Source: an uncultured Solirubrobacterales bacterium (GTDB lineage Bacteria; Actinomycetota; Thermoleophilia; Solirubrobacterales; Solirubrobacteraceae). Taken from it: a stretch of 64,000 nt of DNA. The stretch is from positions 55,114 to 119,113 of the forward strand of contig CAVWPT010000004.1 in assembly GCA_963756965.1 (NCBI GenBank), given 5' to 3'. How positions within the stretch are numbered: position 1 is the stretch's first letter; the number at the start of each line of letters is the position of its first letter. The notes under the pieces were generated by a model that had not been told where the DNA came from, did no database searches, and worked only from the letters and a program-made list of their open reading frames with translations. The position numbers and the translations under genes were made by a program. Shown here in pieces: positions 59,650 to 64,000 of this stretch.

Positions 59650-60849
59650 GTGAATCGCTTCCTGCGGACCGCCCCGACTCGGCAGGTGCTGGCTGCGCTG
59701 CTAGGGATCTGCGCCGTGATCGGAGCCGGATCGACCCTCGCGGTCGCCGCCTCCAGCGGCGGGCCGGTTCCGGTGGCCAAACCGCTCGCCCGCGCGGTGC
59801 ACGACGCGTTGGGTGCGAGCCCGGTCAACGGGATCGCCGCTGACGTCTCGTTCAAGAACAGCCTGATCGACTCATCGGAGCTCCAGGGGAGCGATCCGCT
59901 CTTGACGGGCGGCACCGGGCGGCTGTGGCTTTCGGGCGATCATCGCTTCCGCCTCGAGCTCCAGACCGATGGCGGCGCCCAGGATGCCCAGATCGTCGTC
60001 GACCACAGCAAGTTCTGGGCCTACGACCCTAGCTCGAACACCGTGTATAGGGGCAGCCTGCCGGCGGCGTCTGGCGCAAAGCGAGCGCACCAGCGTGAGG
60101 CCGCTCCCACCTTGGCAAGTATCCAGCAGGCGCTGAAGCGCGTCATGCAGCACGCAAGCGTCTCCACCGCCATTCCAAGCGACGTGGCGGGCCAGCCGAC
60201 CTACACGGTGCGCGTCTCGCCGCGGGAGAGCGGTGGCCTCATCGGCGGCGCGGAGCTGGCCTGGGACGCCGCCCGTGGTGTGCCGCTTCGGTTCGCCCTA
60301 TACGCGCGGGGAAGCTCCACGCCCGTGCTGGAGCTCGACGCAACCAACGTCTCCTACGGCCCGCAGCCGGCTTCGGTGTTCTCGATCAGCCCGCCCGCCG
60401 ACGCCAAGGTCGTAAACCTCGACACCTCCGCTGCGCAGCCCAAGCACCCCAGCAAGCGCGGCCGTCACGCCGACATCCAGGGCGTGGCAGCCGTCGCCAA
60501 GCACCTCCGCTTCAAGCTCGATGCCCCCACTGCGCTGGCCGGCCTATCGCGCCAATCGGTCTCGCTCGTGGGCAAGCATGGCGCGCTCGTCTTTTACGGA
60601 CAGGGGCTCGGCTCTGTGCTCGTGCTGGAGCAGCCGGCGTCCCGCGCTAGCGCAGCCCGCCAGAGCTCCAACACAGGCGGAGACCGCCAGGGCTTGAGCC
60701 TGCCTACGATCTCGCTCCGCGGCACGACCGCTCAGGAGTTCGACACCGCGTTGGGGACCGTGTTGCGGTTCAGCCGTGGTGGCGTCAGCTACATCGTGGC
60801 CGGCTCGGTCGCCCCGGCCGTCGCACACGCGGCGGCGCTCGGCCTATGA
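59650..60849 (+). CDS. LolA-like / DUF2092 exported protein
   Basis: N-terminal TM; RLWLSG..RLELQ, WAYD, VAGQPTYTVRVSP, WDAARGVPLR. Confidence 0.75.
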   Translation: MNRFLRTAPTRQVLAALLGICAVIGAGSTLAVAASSGGPVPVAKPLARAVHDALGASPVNGIAADVSFKNSLIDSSELQGSDPLLTGGTGRLWLSGDHRFRLELQTDGGAQDAQIVVDHSKFWAYDPSSNTVYRGSLPAASGAKRAHQREAAPTLASIQQALKRVMQHASVSTAIPSDVAGQPTYTVRVSPRESGGLIGGAELAWDAARGVPLRFALYARGSSTPVLELDATNVSYGPQPASVFSISPPADAKVVNLDTSAAQPKHPSKRGRHADIQGVAAVAKHLRFKLDAPTALAGLSRQSVSLVGKHGALVFYGQGLGSVLVLEQPASRASAARQSSNTGGDRQGLSLPTISLRGTTAQEFDTALGTVLRFSRGGVSYIVAGSVAPAVAHAAALGL

Positions 60850-61823
60850 GCCAACACTATGCCGGGGGCGTGGCGGCCGGAGCCCCGCCCGTCGAAGTCC
60901 GCGGGCTGATCAAGCGCTATGGGTCGCTGGTGGCCGTGGGTGGCGTCGATCTCACCGTAGACCCGGGTGACGTTTACGGGTATCTGGGGCCCAATGGCGC
61001 TGGGAAGACGACCTCCCTCCGCATGATGCTGGGGCTGATCCGGCCCAGCGAGGGAAGCGTGCGGCTGTTTGGGGCCGACCCCATGGTGTCCGTGGGGGCT
61101 CTGAGGGGTGTGGCCGGATTCGTGGAGGCTCCCACTTTCTATCCTTACCTCAACGGCCGGCGAAACCTGGAGCTGCTGGCCTCTTTCGATGGCGGTCTGG
61201 CGAGGTCCCGGATCGACGAGGCTCTGGCCACGGTTGAGCTCTCCGACCGGGCCGGCGATCGCGTCGGCGGCTACTCGCACGGCATGCGCCAGCGGCTGGG
61301 AATCGCCGCCGCCCTGCTGCGTAACCCCAAGCTGCTGCTGCTCGACGAGCCGACCACCGGGCTCGATCCGGCCGGCATGCGGGACATGCGCCAGCTGATC
61401 CGCAGGCTCGCCGCCGACGGCATGACGATCGTCCTCTCGAGCCACCTGCTGGCCGAGGTGGAGGAGGTGTGCAATCGCGTCGCGATCATCCGCTCGGGGA
61501 GGATCGTCTACGAGGGCGAGATCGCGGCGCTGGGGCGCGGCGCCCGCCCCACCTACCGGCTGTCCACCACCGACGACGAGCGCGCGCTTGCGGTCTCCCA
61601 GGCTCAGCGCGGCATCACAGACGTCCGTCGCCAGCGCGACTCCATCCTGTTCACCGCCGACGAGACGGCCGCGGCCGAGCTTTCCCAGGCACTGGTCGAA
61701 GCCGGCGCGCTGATCCGGGCGCTCACGCCGCAGCGCGCCACGCTCGAGGATCTCTTCTTCTCTCTCACCGAAGGAGCGGAGGGCGAGCCGGACGAGGTCG
61801 CAGTTGCGGAGGCAGTGGCGTGA
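60846..61823 (+). CDS. ABC transporter ATP-binding protein
   Basis: GPNGAGKT, YSHGMRQR, LDEPT, SSH. Confidence 0.95.
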   Translation: MSQHYAGGVAAGAPPVEVRGLIKRYGSLVAVGGVDLTVDPGDVYGYLGPNGAGKTTSLRMMLGLIRPSEGSVRLFGADPMVSVGALRGVAGFVEAPTFYPYLNGRRNLELLASFDGGLARSRIDEALATVELSDRAGDRVGGYSHGMRQRLGIAAALLRNPKLLLLDEPTTGLDPAGMRDMRQLIRRLAADGMTIVLSSHLLAEVEEVCNRVAIIRSGRIVYEGEIAALGRGARPTYRLSTTDDERALAVSQAQRGITDVRRQRDSILFTADETAAAELSQALVEAGALIRALTPQRATLEDLFFSLTEGAEGEPDEVAVAEAVA

Positions 61824-62689
61824 GCGTCTCGGCGGAGACCGTCGTCGCGCCTGCCGCTGGGCGCCGCCGAGCGCCCGGCGTCGCCACCGTTTATCGCTGG
61901 GAGCTGGCCAAGCTCCGCTACCAGAAGCGCACGTACATGGGGCTCGGCGCCGCCGCGATTGTCCCGATCCTGTTCACGGTCGCGATCCACTTCCGCCACC
62001 ACCAGGGCCACGGCGACTTCGCCTTCTCCTCGTATCTGACCAAGAGCGGGCTGGCGGTGCCGCTGGTCATCTTGCTGTTCGGCGCGATTTGGATGTTCCC
62101 CCTGATCACCGCCCTGGTGTGCGGCGACATCTTTGCCTCGGAGGACCACAACGGGACGCTCAAGACGATCCTCACCCGCTCGCTGGAGCGCTGGCAGATC
62201 TTCGCCGGCAAGGCGCTCGTCGCGCTGACCTACGCGGTCATTGCGATCCTGCTGGACGGAACGATCGCGGTGATCGCCGGAAGCATCCAGTCCGGGTTCC
62301 AGCCGCTACAGAGCCTTTCCGGCACGATCGTCTCTGCGCCCAAGGCTCTAGAGCTGGTGTACGTGAGCCTGCTGGTGTATCTGATCCCGATCGCCACGAT
62401 CGTCTGCATCGGGCTGTTCCTCTCGACGATCACGCGCAACAGCGCCGCGGCCGTGGTGGGGACCCTGATGGTGTCGCTGCTGTTCCAGCTGATCGGAATT
62501 CTCCCCGGCCTGACCGGGACCAAGCCGTACCTGCTGAGCACGCAGTTCAACGCCTGGCAGGGGCTCCTACGGACGCCGATCGACTGGGCTCCGATCATTC
62601 GCGCGGCGTGGGTTTGCGCTATGTACGGCATCCCCGCCCTCCTCGGCGCCTATGTGGTCTTCCTGCGCCGCGACGTAGCGGGTGGCTGA
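61820..62689 (+). CDS. ABC-2 type permease
   Basis: RWELAKL, GDIFASEDHNGTLKTILTRS, about 6 TM, FLRRDV. Confidence 0.9.
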   Translation: MSVSAETVVAPAAGRRRAPGVATVYRWELAKLRYQKRTYMGLGAAAIVPILFTVAIHFRHHQGHGDFAFSSYLTKSGLAVPLVILLFGAIWMFPLITALVCGDIFASEDHNGTLKTILTRSLERWQIFAGKALVALTYAVIAILLDGTIAVIAGSIQSGFQPLQSLSGTIVSAPKALELVYVSLLVYLIPIATIVCIGLFLSTITRNSAAAVVGTLMVSLLFQLIGILPGLTGTKPYLLSTQFNAWQGLLRTPIDWAPIIRAAWVCAMYGIPALLGAYVVFLRRDVAGG

Positions 62690-63443
62690 GCCGGCGGCGG
62701 CTCGGCTCGCCGCTTGGGCTTGTGCGCTGGAGCCTGCCGATGCGGACCGGGAGCTTGCGCACCGCGCCCTCCTCGACACGGCGGGGTCCTGCTCGCCGCC
62801 CGCGATGACCCGATCGCGTCGCTGGTTGCGCCGCTTTCCGAAGCCGGCCGCTGGGCCGCGTTAGCCCACGTCCTCGACTACGACGACCTCCATCTGGAGT
62901 CCACAGCGCACATCAGTGCCGTTTGCGTTCCGGCCGCGCTTACCGCAGGCGGCGGGGGGCTCGCCTACCTGGCCGGCGCCGGTGTCATGGCGCGGCTGGG
63001 AACGGCGCTGGGCTGGGATCACTACAGCGCCGGCTGGCACGCCACGTGCACGGCGGGGGCCCCGGGTGCGGCCGTCGCCGCCGCGGTGGGGATGGGGCTC
63101 GAACGTCGCGGTGGCGCTGCTCGATTCAGATCCCGGGCTTGCGAGCTTCAGCGACGCCGCGGTTCAGCGGCCGCAGGCACAGCGATTGATGGAGTCGGTG
63201 ACGGTTCGGGCGCTCCCGGGGGGCGATCACCTGCTCGACGGGGAGCTCTCGATAGAGATCCAGCTCGATGGCGGTGAGGTGCTCGAAGCAGCGCTCGAGC
63301 TCCCGCCCGGGTCGCCCGCACGCCCGCCGACAAGCGAGCAAATCGAGCGAAAGCTCGAGCTCTGCGCGCCCTCGGACGCAGCGGAGCTCGCACGTGTGAC
63401 TTGGGATAGTGCGCCCGCGTTCCTGCGCGACGTTACCCTTTGA
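62682..63443 (+). pseudogene. MmgE/PrpD family protein with an apparent internal deletion
   Basis: AHVLDYDDLH and GWHAT are followed directly by the C-terminal part (AVALLD...PPGSPARP); only about 250 codons. Confidence 0.65.
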
Positions 63444-63511
63444 ATCCTCTCCTGGGTCGTTGCGCCGGCGCTTCCAGGCCTTCACCCACCGCTAAAGAGA
63501 GACCGGTCGTT

Positions 63512-64000
63512 TTGCTGAGCAAACTCAGAAATCCCACCGTGTTCGCTCCGCTGCTGGCGATGGGCGGATTCGTCGTGTGCTGGTACGTCATCCACCACGG
63601 GGTCTTCACCCACGGCCGAATGCTGGACACGCCGATCTACGCCGGGTACGCGGAGCACATGAAGGACGGTCAGCTCCCGTATCGCGACTTTGTGGAGGTA
63701 TACCCACCGCTGGCGCTGCCGGTGTTCTTGATCCCTGGGCTGATCGCGGGCCAGTATTTCAGCGGCTACACCGAGGTGTTCGAGCTCATCATGCTGGTCT
63801 GTGGGCTGGCTGCGGTCGGCCTTGCCAGCTACATGGTCGCGAGCATGGGGATGACCGGCAAGCGGCTGGCGGCGGCGGTCGGGCTGGGCGGGCTCACTCC
63901 GCTGCTGATCGGGTCGGTGATCCTGTCCCGCTACGACCTGTGGCCCGCGCTGCTGACGATCGCGGCCGCTCGCCGCGCTCTACTACGACATGCCGCGAAC
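63512..64000 (+). CDS. Glycosyltransferase family 87 (GT-C) protein, partial
   Basis: Manual translation: DTPIY...GQLPYRDF..YPPLALPVF...SRYDLWPALL; runs off the right edge. Confidence 0.75.
   Translation, partial: MLSKLRNPTVFAPLLAMGGFVVCWYVIHHGVFTHGRMLDTPIYAGYAEHMKDGQLPYRDFVEVYPPLALPVFLIPGLIAGQYFSGYTEVFELIMLVCGLAAVGLASYMVASMGMTGKRLAAAVGLGGLTPLLIGSVILSRYDLWPALLTIAAARRALLRHAAN

Noticed and set aside
1-64000. Prophage, IS, integron or defence island
   Set aside because: No integrase, transposase, phage structural or defence domains recognised; composition looks uniform

Overview
Very GC-rich actinobacterial chromosome segment. Gene repertoire and style suggest Thermoleophilia/Solirubrobacterales (inference). 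It holds about 58 densely packed protein-coding genes; I saw no rRNA, tRNA, CRISPR array, integrase or transposase. Many genes are split by single-base indels, most densely at 31-36 kb and 52-55.5 kb, which looks like long-read consensus error rather than true pseudogenisation. Left third: secreted and amide/lipid-catabolic enzymes (neutral-ceramidase-like protein, Tat flavin amine oxidase, GH31, ceramide-N-deacylase-like amidohydrolase, hydantoinase A/B with a fused acetone-carboxylase-gamma-like Zn domain, PTE, trypsin, Ntn acylase, clan GH-A hydrolase). Middle: mixed metabolism, DNA repair (Fpg/Nei, ExoIII, Prim-Pol) and P450s. Right: a GGDEF-HD-GYP protein behind a sigma-28-type promoter, an ArnB/ArnT/ArnC-like cassette and a LolA-like/ABC operon. 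The most unusual signals are non-coding: a 4 x 60-bp hairpin-rich array plus a G-quadruplex motif upstream of a diguanylate cyclase, repeated local duplications of gene boundaries, and a triplicated ATGA junction that forms a chain of coupled mini-ORFs ahead of a DsbA-like gene.
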